Positions 25,840 to 39,000 of a stretch of DNA of 64,000 nt are shown here, in pieces. Position 1 is the stretch's first letter. Each line of letters opens with the position of its first letter. The DNA comes from Octopus sinensis (Eukaryota): positions 76,694,001 through 76,758,000 of the forward strand of contig NC_043002.1 in the NCBI RefSeq assembly GCF_006345805.1. The letters run 5' to 3'. The notes under the pieces were generated by a model that saw nothing but the letters and a program-made list of their open reading frames with translations, had not been told where the DNA came from and did no database searches. Made by a program: the position numbers and the translations under genes.

Positions 25840-26023
25840 AGACTTAGAACTGGCTTCCATACAGTTTCTCTCTACCAAATGTTTTCCACTGGACATTGGT
25901 CAGTCCACAGATATATAGAAGATGCAGACACTTGCCTATGTGCCATGGAGTGTGATTGAATCTAAAACCACAAAGCTGGAAAGTGAAATTCTTAACCTCA
26001 CAGTCATGCCTGCAGTTTATCTA
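25840..26023 (-). mobile_element. SINE family A-related head, antisense, degraded
   Basis: ggcttccatacagtttctctctaccaaat...cagacacttgcctatgtgcc...cttaacctcacagtcatgcctg. Confidence 0.65.
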
Positions 26024-26189
26024 TTTTAATTTACCTTACTGTTACCTTGATCCAAAGACCTGTCATAGATCCACAGAAGCTTTCTGTGGTAGTGTTAGAA
26101 TAAATTTATTTGTATATGCCTTTCGCTATTATTGATCATCTTTTGAAGGAAACAACTGATAATGATTTCAACATTATCAACTTAAGAAG

Positions 26190-26400
26190 AACATGGCATG
26201 AAACAAAAGATTTGTCTTGCGGCATTTGTTGACCTACAGAAGATATTTGGACAGGGTGGCACCTACTTAAGTGTCATGATCAGCAGCATGAAGGTTAAGT
26301 ATCCATGAGTGGCTTGGCTATGAGAAACATAAAAAAAGGGGGTTGTGTGTGTAAATGTGAGGATTAGTGGTGTATATTAAATGGCCAGATTAAACTTCAG
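26190..26400 (+). pseudogene. Decayed LINE reverse-transcriptase fragment (RTE-like)
   Basis: Frameshifted translation AAFVDLQKIF/DRV ... RLSIHEWL ... NVRISG resembles the RT segment AFVDLEKAFDRVP...RKLGIxEWLV...xVRV. Confidence 0.62.
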
Positions 26401-26925
26401 GTAGACGATCACATTAATACCTCCATTCCTAATCAAAAAGGCTATTTACATTCCAATATTAGGATTAAAAGCATCCCTCTCAGTTAAACTACTGAAGATC
26501 ATTGGTAGTGTAAGATCTCTTGTGAAATACTTGTCTTTCTTAGCTCAATGATTAATGAACTGAGCATGAGCTACAAAGGAAAATTGTTAATTTTGGTAAC
26601 CCGTTTCTTACTAGTGTGAACATTCTTATAGTGATTTGGCATTATTAGAGGAATTTTAGAATCTTAATGTCAAAGCACAGAAATTTGCATGGTAATTTTT
26701 ATCTGTTAAAATTATTAACTCTCAAGTCTCTCCTTATCATCTTGTATTAGAAGAGAAGCATGTATTGGATGATGTAGTCTGTCCAAGATACACTCTTCAG
26801 GTAAAGATGGGAATGGCATCTTGCATCGCATACCTACTTCTTAAGGGTACACCTAGGGTCAACAGTATTTAAATAAGTCTTCTGGTCAATATTGAAATAA
26901 CCAATTGCTTGGTTGCAGGAGGGAG

Positions 26926-26954
26926 GTGTGTGTGTGTGTGTGTATGTGTATGTA

Positions 26955-27038
<84 letters not shown>
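26926..27038. repeat. Compound (GT)n/(GTAT)n/(TA)n microsatellite
   Basis: Direct reading. Confidence 0.95.
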
Positions 27039-27041
<3 letters not shown>

Positions 27042-30000
27042 GTTGACCTTCTCATGTTGGTAACCTAGCTTGCTGGTAAACCAAACACTTATGAGGATAT
27101 CAATAAATTCTCAAAGAGTTAATGTTTATTCCTTTTGTGTGGAGTGATCCAATAAGCTAAATAGACAGAATTTCTATATTTCCTATTTTCATTTCAGATA
27201 ATTTAAACTAAATTCATCAAACACGCACACATGTATGCACATCTCCACTCACTCTTTGTCTTTCCCTCGTTTTCTAGCCTTTTCTCCATCTATTTTCTTA
27301 AAAATTTCTCTCATCATCTCTATCCGTTTTCTTCATCCTTTTATCTCTTTCGTTTCATTTTGTCTTTCATCTTTTCACTCTTTTATCATCTACCCCTTCC
27401 CTCTACCTCCCACTTCATGTAAGACATTCTTCAACAAAATTCCTTACGTTATCTCTACTTATAGCATTGATTGTTTTTAAAATCTCAACAAGTCTGTAAT
27501 GAACTCAATTTTATACTTGTGTTATTATGACATTTACTACTGGAATCTCAAACTTAAATTAATTAAATGAAGGCCAAAGATACATAAAAGGTCCTTGATT
27601 TTTAAGCACTGGAATAATTGCTTTCCACAGATATTCATCTACAGCTGCTCCCATACTCCCCACCGACTGCTAACAACTGTAGACTATAATCAGTGGCTGT
27701 CCTCAAATTTATTTTCTTTTATTTTCTTTTTAAAGGTTGAAATCAATTATCAGAACTGAATCTATTTCTTTTATGTTCATTCCTATTATACGCTTGCATT
27801 CCCGCATGCATTTCACATTCTACTCTCAAACCACTCATCTTTTTTTAAAACAAACAAAGAAATTTTCAACAGTTTATATTTTCTGCTTTTGGTTTTTCTA
27901 CATTTCTTTTTGATTTTTGTTTTTTGTTCTTTCCGCTTGTCTTTTGAAAAATATTGTTTATTTAATTATGGAGAAAATATTTCTGTTTTATTATTGATTC
28001 TTTAACTCTTTACTTCAAACTTCGTGTTAGTGGTGGCAAAACACCTCATATTTCACTTTTCCTCCTTTGGAACTTTGGCGGCTGCTATTGCAATCTGATT
28101 GATTTTTTACTTCAAACTCAGGAGCTGATTAAAAAAAAAATATTAAACATGTAATGTAGTCAATCCACTCCACTTTTCCTATGCCCCTCCTACAAGTTAT
28201 ATTTTATTGCTGTTTAAACTCTAGACTATCCTTGATTCAGTTGACATAGGACCATCCCCATCTATTTTTCAGACAGTATCTTTGACTACATTAAAATGGT
28301 AGGGTGTAGTTGGAAGGAAATTTTGGCTGCTATTTCTTGCAGGTTGAGGGACCATGTAGATGCTCCTTTGTTTACTGCTCCATAAAAGTTTAGTAACCTC
28401 GTATCAGTATGAGATGTCCTTCTTTAGATTCATGTTTCTTCTTTTGTCCCAAGTGTTTCATTTCCCTCATCATCCTTGTTGATGTTACATCAACATAGGT
28501 TTGCTCTGCAGTTTGAAAAACTAGTTTGGCATGGCAGAAACATGCCCTCTTCCAGGTTTCCTTCTTACACAACATGAAACCTTTAGTTAATTGCCACACC
28601 TACTAATATTCTCGTATTACCTTTCCTGTAATTTCTCCATGAACTGGTGCTAATCTTGCTTGTAATAACTACAATTCTACTACTGTGTTCACCCAAACAG
28701 TTTATGACTGCAAATGGCTATTGTTATCTTCTGCCACACAATCCAGTCGACAGAAATTTATTAATAACGCCACTTGTCTGCATTACTGTATTGAATCTAT
28801 CTCTGGCCATATTGTTCTGACATTTTATACTGTGCTTGTTCTTAGTTACAGCTTTAGTTCTCCTCTTCTATTTCCTTTCCCTCTCTCCTCTGTCTCCTTT
28901 GGTAAAGTCTGTTGCACTGAGAAGTTCTGACATGCTTGATAACCATCACTTGAACTGTCAATAACACCTATTGATAGAGCTTGATAGTTCACTTGAAACT
29001 TGTCCAACCATTAACAGTGATTAGTTTGTCCTTACCAATCATTTTAGTGGAATTCTAAATTCCTATAAAATCTCATTTACTAGTCAGTACTTCATCATCT
29101 CAAATTTATTCATAATTCCAAACTACATGTTTAATCCCATCCGTTTCTCCTTTATACAGTAAGCTTCATGATTAAATTGCCACATTACAAACCACTTATA
29201 AACTATAAGCCCAAAATTTTGTCTGTAAATGTAAATGCTTCCTAATCTCAAAGGACTTTGCTTGTTTCTAGTTTTATGGTGTTGGGGCAGATATGATAAA
29301 TATCTCATACTTAGGATGCTGGATTGTCTCAGTTAACATTTTTTTGATAGTGTGCCTGTTCCTAACAGTCAGGTAAATTAGGACAATGTAAAGTGATTTT
29401 TTCCTCCACTTCTAAAATAATTATATATTTGTGGTGAATTGGAACTCACCACATATGAGTAATGAATCCCCATACATTATTCATTGTTGTTTTACCCCTG
29501 TTACGTCTTTACCCCTCCTGCATTATTTCATGTGTATTATCTTTCCCACCCACCTATCTATCAGGTATTTTCACTTAATAGTTTGTTATAAGAAGAGCAT
29601 GAAGCAAAAGAAAAACTACTTCTGCAAAATCATGCAAGTTACCTGTAAAAATGAGTGTAGAATGAATTCGGAAAGCAATTTGTATATAACATCTACATGA
29701 ACTTAAATATATTTTGGTGGGGTGGTGGTCATGGTATATGCTGGGGAAACCCACCCCATCACCATCACCTATTTTGGTGGGACTGATGTTCAATTTTGAA
29801 TAGCTTTAAGGGACAGATGCACATGAAGGGATTCTAGTCAGTTGCAACACTGATGATGAAAGATTACGGGAAAAGTGTTTGGGTGCAGAATTTGGAAAGT
29901 GATACTATAAAGATGATTAGCAGGAAAACAACTTGGGGCTGTGAAGATTATTTTGTAACATGCCATGTTCAGTGAGCAGATGTCATGGCAGTGTCAGTAG

Positions 30001-30368
30001 AAGTCTAAAGAGTAACCTTAAAGGGTTCCAGAGAAAATTTCCCTATTTTGCCTGTGAAATTTGCATAAACTCTGGGTGTTGTGAATTAGTATTCAAGCAC
30101 ATGTTGCATTTGGTAGTGGTAGTTGTGTGTGGTTTAGTAAGATCTGCTTGCTGCCACTTCTGGCATAGAATCACTGATGGATTGATCACCTGGAGTAACC
30201 TGTAAAAATCCAACCCTTGTGAAAAGGTTTTGCTGTTTATTATATTTTATTTGAAATGTAAAAATGTTTTGAAAACAGTGAAAGCTTGCAAAGGCAACAT
30301 GTAAAGTGTGTTTGTTTGTCTTTTAAATTCTCTCTTGTTTCACATTTGAATTTTTCTGGGTGATCATG

Positions 30369-30593
30369 TTGCCTTTAGCACTTAAACTGACCATATCCAG
30401 TCCAAATATTCTGCCTATTTTGTGTTCAAACCAGCAAAGTCCAGCCTCTCACACCTACTTTACAATGTCATTCTAAAAAATGCTATCACATTATTGAAAT
30501 CTCAAAGCTATCAGATAATGTATGATGAAGCTAAAACAACGTGAATAAATAAACATTACATTTGACAGAATAATCTGAGTGCTAAAGGGTTAA
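30369..30593 (+). mobile_element. piggyBac-type MITE family D copy
   Basis: gcctttagcacttaaac ... gtgctaaagggttaa; shared interior ccagcctctcacacctac/caatgtcattctaaaaa. Confidence 0.82.
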
Positions 30594-30844
30594 ACACTGT
30601 CTGACATCAACCAAATACAAATATATTAAGCCCTGGCCTGAGTTGAACTTTTATAATTTTTTTTTTTAGTCTTGTGAACATTCTATATTTTGTACAATGT
30701 TAACTGTCCAGAAGGATAAAGATGTACTATTATCCTAAGTTGAATACCTAAACTGCTGGAAGGAAGTGAAGTCGACAGCAAAAATATTCGAGCCTCAGAT
30801 AAAATACTTTGCAGTATTTGTTTCAGTTTTTTTTTTCTTTACGG

Positions 30845-30918
30845 CTTCACAGACCCCAGTTGAACCGTCCAACCCATGCTAGCATGGAAAGCGGACGCTA
30901 AATGATGATGATGATGAT
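30845..30918 (+). mobile_element. RTE-like tail fragment
   Basis: gaaccgtccaacccatgctagcatggaaagcggacgctaaatgatgatgatgatgat. Confidence 0.75.
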
Positions 30919-31525
30919 TCTGGATTTAAAACTTCATTTGAGGACAGTTTTATACTTCATCAATTAAGTACTGGGGGAGGGGGTTTAGTTTAATTGATTA
31001 CCAAACAAGAACTGAAATCCCCAAGGTAGCCTGTTTTAGCCTTCAGTTTCATACTGACAGCTTCCTATAAACAGCATTGGTGACAAGGAGAGAAATATCT
31101 GCTCTACTTTGTGGGTGAGTGGTGGCCTTCCATACAACCTTACCTGGGCATGTGCACTGTGGAAAACACTCCAGTGTTGTGTACCACCTTCTACAAACCT
31201 AAACTGAAAACAAGCCACAGATCATTGATCTCACAAGATATGCCAAAGATTTCAGATGAGTGTAAATATAATTTTGTTTCATTCTTCCTGGCTCTGTCAT
31301 TTCATATCTTATTAAGATAGCCAAGTGATGATGGTATTGTGTCAAAGTACTTTTTCTTGGGATAAGCAATTTTTTATTTTATTTTTTTCTTTAAATCTAT
31401 TCTTTCTTTGTCAACCTATTCACTAAAAGTTCCTTGGAGTCACTTTCTGACTTCTGGAATTGAACTAATATTTTATATCTTTTATTGTTGATTTTATATT
31501 TGCTGTTATTATACATGTATGAATG

Positions 31526-31569
<44 letters not shown>

Positions 31570-31689
31570 TGATTATTTTTTTCCATTTCATTTTGCTAAT
31601 CTGATCTTTTAAATTCAGTTTAACATGTTTCTTACAATTTCATTTTTCTCTCATTTTCATTTTTTTCTTTTATTTTGTTTGTTTTACAG

Positions 31690-31752
31690 ACAGAGATTGC
31701 AAAGCGGTTGAATGCAATCTGTGCCCAAGTTATTCCATTCTTGTCACAGGAG
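31690..31752 (+). CDS. gro: Groucho/TLE exon, Q domain (TEIAKRLNAICAQVIPFLSQE), 63 nt, phase 0-0
   Basis: ttttacag acceptor, gtaaga donor; conserved peptide. Confidence 0.97.
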
Positions 31753-32106
31753 GTAAGAATATAATGCAATGCTTCAGTTTTAGTGATGCTCATCTGAAGA
31801 AAAAAGCTCATTCATTTTGTTATCACTCACCTTGTTATTTTGGCATTTAAAAAAAAAAAAAAGAAATTTGTCTGTATTCATTTTCAATTTTCACTGATCT
31901 GCAATTGTATATTGTCTTGTTGAACCACATACCCACCCACCCCTCTCTCTTACACACACACACACACACTGCCTTGAATTTTTAGCCAAGTGAATTGACC
32001 CCCAGTAGTTTTTTTTAAAGCTCAATACTTATTTTATTGGTCATTTTTGATGAACCACTAAGTTATGGGGACATAAACACACAAACACACAACAGATTAT
32101 TTTTCT

Positions 32107-32245
32107 TTTTCAGTTTCTGTCTACCAAATCCACTCACAACCCGAGGCTATAGCCCAACCTGAGCCTATAGCCCAAGGTGCCAAACAATGTGACTGAACCC
32201 AGGACCATGTGGTTGGGAAGGAAGCTTCTTACCACACAACCATGC

Positions 32246-32249
<4 letters not shown>
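32107..32249 (-). mobile_element. SINE family A head, antisense (the tail continues back to about 31985)
   Basis: cagtttctgtctaccaaatccactcacaa...gactgaacccaggaccatgtggttggg...accacacaaccatgcc. Confidence 0.82.
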
Positions 32250-32296
<47 letters not shown>

Positions 32297-32299
32297 GGT

Positions 32300-32590
32300 A
32301 TCCAAATCATGTGCTTTTGGGTTATGCCCCACTGCGAAACACCTGGAGTTGACCAAAGCCTTGTGAGTGGAAATGGTAGATGAAAACTGAAAGAAGCCTG
32401 TTGTGTGCATGTCACTGTCTTACAATGTTGGTCGTTTCCAATTATTCATGAAAACATAACCGACCTTTGGGTAAATATTACTTTGTTTGGAAACTGCTGA
32501 GAGTTGTCAGCTGAAAGGGAATTCAGCCATAGAAAATATGGCTCAGTGAATTGTCTGACCCATGCAAACATGAAAAGTGGATGTTACTCT
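32300..32590 (+). mobile_element. SINE subfamily A2 copy (A head, RTE-like tail)
   Basis: gaccaaagccttgtgagtgg...aactgaaagaagcctg and tail gacccatgcaaacatgaaaagtggatgtta. Confidence 0.72.
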
Positions 32591-34453
32591 ACAAAGATCA
32601 AATTTGTACGCTTGGTTATGTTTACTATAAAGAATTTAAGTTTCCTTTTCTCCACTCAAGTGGGATTAAGAAAATAGTGCAAAAGAAAAAAAAAATCTCT
32701 TCTAACTTCGTCAGATCCTTTAAGTTTATAAAAGTCCGCCCTTCTATGCACGCTTATATTTAGTCTCTCACCACGCACACTATAAAACTTAAATACTAGA
32801 TCTAATAAATATTACTGTAGGTTGAAGTTCTGAAAGCTCTTATCACTTTATACATTGTGAGAGGGTCTGTTCAAGCTGTAATAACATTAACATTTTGCGG
32901 CGATGCAACTTTCTCTTGAAAAAGTAATATATGTGAGAATTAAACATGATTTTTTAATAATTTTTTTTCTCTTCTTTTGTACGCATGTTGCTAAATCATT
33001 TCTGCTTATTTGCTATATAATCCATCCTGTACCATGTGTGCAGGTTCCACTGCATACAGCTAAGCAGTATTAGCAGTTCCGGTGATGAAGTCGCTCACTG
33101 CAGCTGACATTCAAAATACACTCTGCACTACATAGTTCTCTCCCTTGCTCGTGAACCAAAAGATTTCTTTCTTTCTTTCTGGGAACAATTAATAACGTGA
33201 TCCACTTGAACGTTTTCAAAACATTGTTTTCCTAGAACCACTATTGATAACTTGATAGTTAATTGTATCATTTGATGCTTAAGAAAAACAATAGCAGTAT
33301 TTGTAGTATTATATAATTTTTCGTTTTGAGTGGAATATATTTATCAAACGACTATATATATGTCCCGACTCCCTTTTCCAAATAAATGCTGTATCATAAC
33401 CGATAATTCACACGCTCTATATTAAAGCATTTGTAAATTATATTGTTTTTTCATTTTATTTTATTTCTTCCAACAAGTCTTTTATAACATATCATTTAAA
33501 AGAGAAAAGTGTAAATTAAAATTACTTGTATTTATTTTCTGAAATAAGTTCTGAACAAAAATTTTAAACAAAAAAAGACAAAAAAAAAATCTTTTTATTG
33601 CTTTCGAACAAATTTTCTTTTTCACCTTGTAAATTCCTCCGAGTTGTTTCGTTGCTTTTTTTGTTGTTTAAAAACTTGTGTATTTTTTACTTTTTCTTTT
33701 TTCACCCGAGATTGTCTGTAGTAAATTTATTTTATTACCTGTCTTGTGAATTGTGTGTGTGATGGGGCGGGGAAAAGGCCAAATGTAATTTTAAAACAAA
33801 AAAAATATCGTTGAACAAAAGAAGGGGTTTAAAATGACGCAAGTTAATTTTGAATTCAAAACTAAAAACCAATTGGGAGGTGTAATGTAATATTGCAAGC
33901 TTAAATCTTTAAAGAAAGGTCTAATTATTAACTCTTTTATTGCAATAATCTTTAAAACATTTAAAGCTGAAATAAAATTTGGGGGAATATATTAAATTAT
34001 TCCAGGTTACTATAATTTCTACTTTAGCATGTAATGTTTTATTAAGCTTGCTTTTAAATCAATAAGGCATCTGTTTTTTTCTTTTTTATTTCCTTTTTGT
34101 ATTAATATTCTCACTAGCACTTTAAAATGGGTATTTTATTTCATTTAGTATATTCTCATCGCCATCAAATTTTGAAAGCATCCATTTAAACCAAGTTTCA
34201 TCATCGTTTCTGGGCCAAATCAACATTTAAAACTTGCATTAGATATCAATTCCTCTTCTCTGTATATATTTTTATATAGATAGATCTATCCATCGTTATT
34301 TTGAGTACAACGACGATGGCTTCCATCCAGAGACAAGGGTATTCAATGAGTTGACAATCTCTTTTCCTCTCGTCTCTTTCTTGGCTTCTAAAGTTGTAAT
34401 CACCACACAAACTACCAGTTTTGTTATTGTTCTGTTTCCTCTTTGTTTTGCAG

Positions 34454-34528
34454 CATCAGCAACAGGTTGCAGCTGCTGTAGAACGAGCCAAACAGGTGAC
34501 CATGGCTGAACTGAATGCAATTATAGGG
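34454..34528 (+). CDS. gro: Groucho/TLE exon, end of Q domain (HQQQVAAAVERAKQVTMAELNAIIG), 75 nt, phase 0-0
   Basis: ttttgcag acceptor, gtatgt donor; conserved peptide, also visible inside ORF 34421..34648. Confidence 0.97.
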
Positions 34529-35306
34529 GTATGTTTCAGTGAAGCTGCCAAGCACTTTGCCCTCCCATTCCTTCATGTTATTTTCCCCCGATTTAACTTT
34601 TTTTTCTTTCCAATTTGTTATAAATTTTCATTACCAAACTCCGACTAATTTTTCGAAGATTGATTATAAAATAGATTCAAAGTAATCATGTGTTTAAACA
34701 TTTCTTCTGCTGCCAAACAACAGTGATCTCCCCTGAGAATGTCCATCAGACTTCTCCTCTTTAACGTCCAAATCGAAGAAACTTATACTCTCATTCCTTA
34801 ATACCACAAAATTATAAAATGTACAGGAAAGTAAGGCAGTTAAAAAGATTAGCAATTAAGTTTTCATATAATTCCAAAATACTGAAAACCTAAGAAAAAC
34901 AAAAGCTTTTTATATATCTATATTTTTGTTTTTGTAGCTTTTTAAAATTTTATACATTCCTCACTTTTTGGTGCTGAAATGAATGGACAGACTGTAAAAA
35001 CTATCACTAAACTCTTGTTTAATCCAAACATGTAGTATAGACACACATATACATGTTTTTAGTCTTGGACGTTGCATGTCACATGATTTTTATACCTTTT
35101 GTTGAATTAGTTTGCCTTGTGTTTTTTTGTTTCCTTTTTGTGTTATTTTATCCACGCCCCCTATTATTATCATCATCATCATCATTATTATTATTATCAT
35201 TTTTATTATTATTAGCAATCATTATTATAATTAGCACATTATCTTGTAATAAGTCTTTTTTTGTTCTTCTGTTCTTTACATTTGGACATTTGTATATTGT
35301 TTTCAG

Positions 35307-35484
35307 CAACAAGTTCAGGCACAGCATCTCCCTCATGCTCACCCACCAGCCATTCCAATACCACCTCATCCTGCTAGTTTACAACCCCCTGGAATTCCAG
35401 TATCAAGTGGATCAGGACTTTTGGCACTTTCAGGCACATTTCCTGGCAACCCACATTTAAGTGGATCTTTAAAAGAAGAGAAGG
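35307..35484 (+). CDS. gro: Groucho/TLE exon, GP domain ([31 protein letters not shown]...SLKEEK), 178 nt, phase 0-1
   Basis: ttttcag acceptor, gtgagt donor; QQxQAQHL start and Gly/Pro-rich content typical of the TLE GP domain. Confidence 0.93.
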
Positions 35485-36298
35485 GTGAGTTTTCAAATAA
35501 CATTTTTTTTTTCTCTTTTAAGCTGTTTAAGAACTTTTTTTTTTAAAGAGCTGTCTAGTTTTCAGTTTGGTGTGAATGCATAGAAAATAATACTAAAAAA
35601 TAAAAAAAGTTAGGATTTAATAAAAGTTTGCTCAAGTTAATTATCACTGAATTGCTATGACACCTAACTTCAAAATTGTCAATATATTATGGCAACAATG
35701 ACTGAAGTTTTGTAAGCCCAAAGATTTCCCAGCAGGAGTTTTACTGCCTGGAGGTTAATCAGTTTGTCACCCTTCCAGTGGACTCATTAAAAGTATTCTT
35801 TCTCTCCAATAACTGCTACCAAAATATATAGCTGAGTAATGAATGACTTTTTTCCCCTTCAAAAGCAATATCCAAAGCATTGTCAAATTTACCTTTAAAG
35901 GGTAGGAGCCAGCAGTGTGCTTATAGCATGAGTGGAGGTGAAGTCTTTCTGGTAATACACGAAGTGATTATTTTGCATCGCTTTATCACTAATCCTGATC
36001 CTATTAAAGAATTAATTTTGAATTCCTAAGTATTCAGTCTAAATAGCATTAAGACTTATTACTGATAATTGCTGACCTTGTTTTAAATCATAATAATGAC
36101 AATGCTCTTGCTCACTCACTCCATTTGCATATTTCTTTCTTTCACCTTTGTGTGGGTAAAGTTTAGAAACTTTTTTTGAAATAGTTAATACTGGTTTGCT
36201 TTCTAAGATATTAAAAATTTAATTTAAAATCTAGACATTGGTATTTAATTCTTTCTTTCTTTCTTTTTTTATCTTTCATATAACCTTTTGGATTATAG

Positions 36299-36309
36299 AA
36301 GAGAAACAC
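36299..36309 (+). CDS. gro: Predicted 11-nt micro-exon (AAGAGAAACAC, completing E-E-K-H), phase 1-0
   Basis: About 45-nt pyrimidine tract ending in tag, perfect gtaagt donor, and exactly the phase change needed between exon 35307-35484 (ends phase 1) and exon 51880-51984 (starts phase 0). Confidence 0.75.
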
Positions 36310-38736
36310 GTAAGTAAACACAGTTCTATTGTTGAAAACAGTGAAAAAGGAAGTAACTTGTAGTGTTTGGATCCGAAGAACTTCATCTCTGCAATGCTGT
36401 GAAATTTTATATTTTTAATCCATACTTACTGGCAAGCATCTTGCCCACTGTGGAAGCCAAGCAAAACATTTAAAAAAAAAAGTGAGAGAGAGAAAAATAA
36501 AACATTTGTGCGTGTGTCTTTTAATGCCAATATTCTTCATAAATATTTGGAACAATCAGGAATAGGTGCATTCTGACTTTGGACACTTCTTATCAAGCAA
36601 TATTTTGTATATAAATTGAACATAACTTTGCTTGATAATTACCTTGGCATAAATAGTGCATCTTTGGGATTCTTCAAAACAGTACTCTCTTGTAATAAAG
36701 GGTTCATCTTTCCAAAAATCATGTCTGTCAATTGTATATTTTCAAACAAAACAAAAAAAATAACAACAGTGAAAGAAACAAACAAAACAAAACTTTTTTT
36801 CTGCCAGAACTTCTCTACAATTCATATCAGTTACTTGCTTTTTACAAAACAAGTAAATCTTTTCACTTAGTTCTTATCTTAAACTTTAAATTATTTATCC
36901 AAAGAGGTTGAAATGGTAAAAGATTACTAAATCTTTCTTTTCAACAAATAAAATTGATAAAGTTTAATAACAACTGTATATAATAACAAAACAAGGATGT
37001 TAGTTTTTCCATATTTTCTCTCTTAAAATTTCCATGTCAACCTCTTTGGTATTATTACAATCTGTGATAATCAAATTTTATACAGTTATTTTTAATGCCT
37101 TAATATTTTTTCTATCATCATGCTTCTCTTAAATTTTGTTTCCCTCCTCCTCTTAATTTAATCATTAATTATTATTAAGTGCACATTTCTAATGCACATT
37201 TTGAACATTCCAGATAGTTATACTTTTTATAAATTTGAAATTCTTGTTTTATAACTTAAATAATCTTGATAGCTATACCTATATATGCCTTTCTATTTTC
37301 CTTGTGTCTTTTTAAACATGAGACAAAATTTGAATGGCTAGATGAAATCTTGAAGTAATTCTGTAATAAATTTGATATTAAAGTAGCCCTTTTCCAATTA
37401 AGAAAGAAGTTCTTGTTGAATTCTGTTGCTTTTACCCCATCACCATTCTGAACAACTTGAAGGAATGTATTGGTCTTGTAGGACCATAGATAAAATTATC
37501 TTTTTTTTTTTAAAAAAAAAAAGCTTATTATTGACCTATTTGAAATTTGGTAGCAATGAAGTGAAATTCAGTTGGTTAGAACAACCTAATTCAAATTGTT
37601 TGATTTTAAGAAAAATTATTTTTTATCTTCTTTTGCTGTTTTATATTCACTTACATATGTATGTGCACTTGTGCGCATGTGTTAGTTTTCCAACTAGCTT
37701 AACTTAGTGTCCAATTACTGAATGCAATGTCTATGAAAAAGACTGGTCCTTTAATTTCTTCACAATAAGCTCAATTTAACCAGATTTATCATAAAGTTGT
37801 CATCAAACTTTGCTATCAAATAGTTATGTTACACAACCACTTGACAGTCACCTGCTTTTAGTTTATCTTTTAACCACGTGAATTCTAGTTTTACATTTGG
37901 TGTTTTTGATTCTTATATTATTTTATCTTTACTTCAAACCCAACATTTAGTGTGTGTGGTCTTCTTTTTCTCCTAACGGCGTCCAAAGTTTCTTTAATCG
38001 TGATCATTACATTTTCGGGAATAAGAATTCTAAGTCAGAACCCTGTGTTTCAAACAGGATTAAATACTGGAAATTAGATATTCTACTTTCACACTAGTGT
38101 TATGCAGTACACTCACATCTTCACTGTTTCATACAGTCAGGCACCAGCTTATGTTAATTTATTTAAGTTAAACAAGCCTTACATAACTGAAATTGCAGTT
38201 TCATTCTCTCAATTGACTCTTACATGTCAAGGGTTTGATAATATTAGTTGACTGATTGCTTTCAAAGCCTGCTGCTATGTACAGTAGACTACTTGAACGA
38301 AATCAGTTTGCAAGAGGTAATATCCTTGTTTCTTATATAAATTAACGTATATGACTACACACCTTAAACATAAAGTTGTATTGCGTACTTATGTCTTTTT
38401 CTTGTGCTACACAATACAAACAAAAACTGTATTTCTTCATTCTTTTACTGGTTTCAACCATTAGAATATGGCTCTGCCTTCAAATGTCTAGCCAGTCATA
38501 TTAATCTAATACTTCTTTCAGGCTGTTACTTCTTTGTCAATCTATGGTAGTCGAGTAGATAAGCATATATGTATTTGAATGTGTATGTGCGATGGGTCTC
38601 TACACAGTTTCTGCCCTCCAAATTCCACAAGTCTCTGGTAAAAGACATTTGCCAAGGTGTTGATGTGTGGCGATGAGCCTAGAATTGATGTAAAGCAAAC
38701 TTCTTACCATAAAGCCCTGATGATGCTCCAGATGAG

Positions 38737-38797
<61 letters not shown>

Positions 38798-38824
38798 CCA
38801 CATTACTCCATAAGGATCATAGGG

Positions 38825-39000
38825 CCAATTTCTCTGGTTTATACACCCCTTCCTGGATAGGATACCAGCTCATCACAGGATTACACTAGAGCAATGTGAA
38901 ATGTTTTGCTGAAGAACACAATGCATCACCCAGTCTAGGAATCAAAACCACAATCTTATGATTATGAGTCCAACACCCTAACCATTAAGCCATGTGCTTC
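38825..39000 (-). mobile_element. SINE family C copy, antisense
   Basis: ttttgctgaagaacacaatgc...ggaatcaaaaccacaatc...caacaccctaaccattaagccatgtgcttc. Confidence 0.8.

Noticed and set aside
33082-33107. C/D snoRNA-like GTGATGA ... CTGA
   Set aside because: The boxes are only 15 nt apart and there is no terminal stem; too short for a snoRNA.
35053-35460. 135-aa ORF overlapping the GP exon
   Set aside because: It is a different frame from the conserved Groucho peptide and is mostly low-complexity intron.
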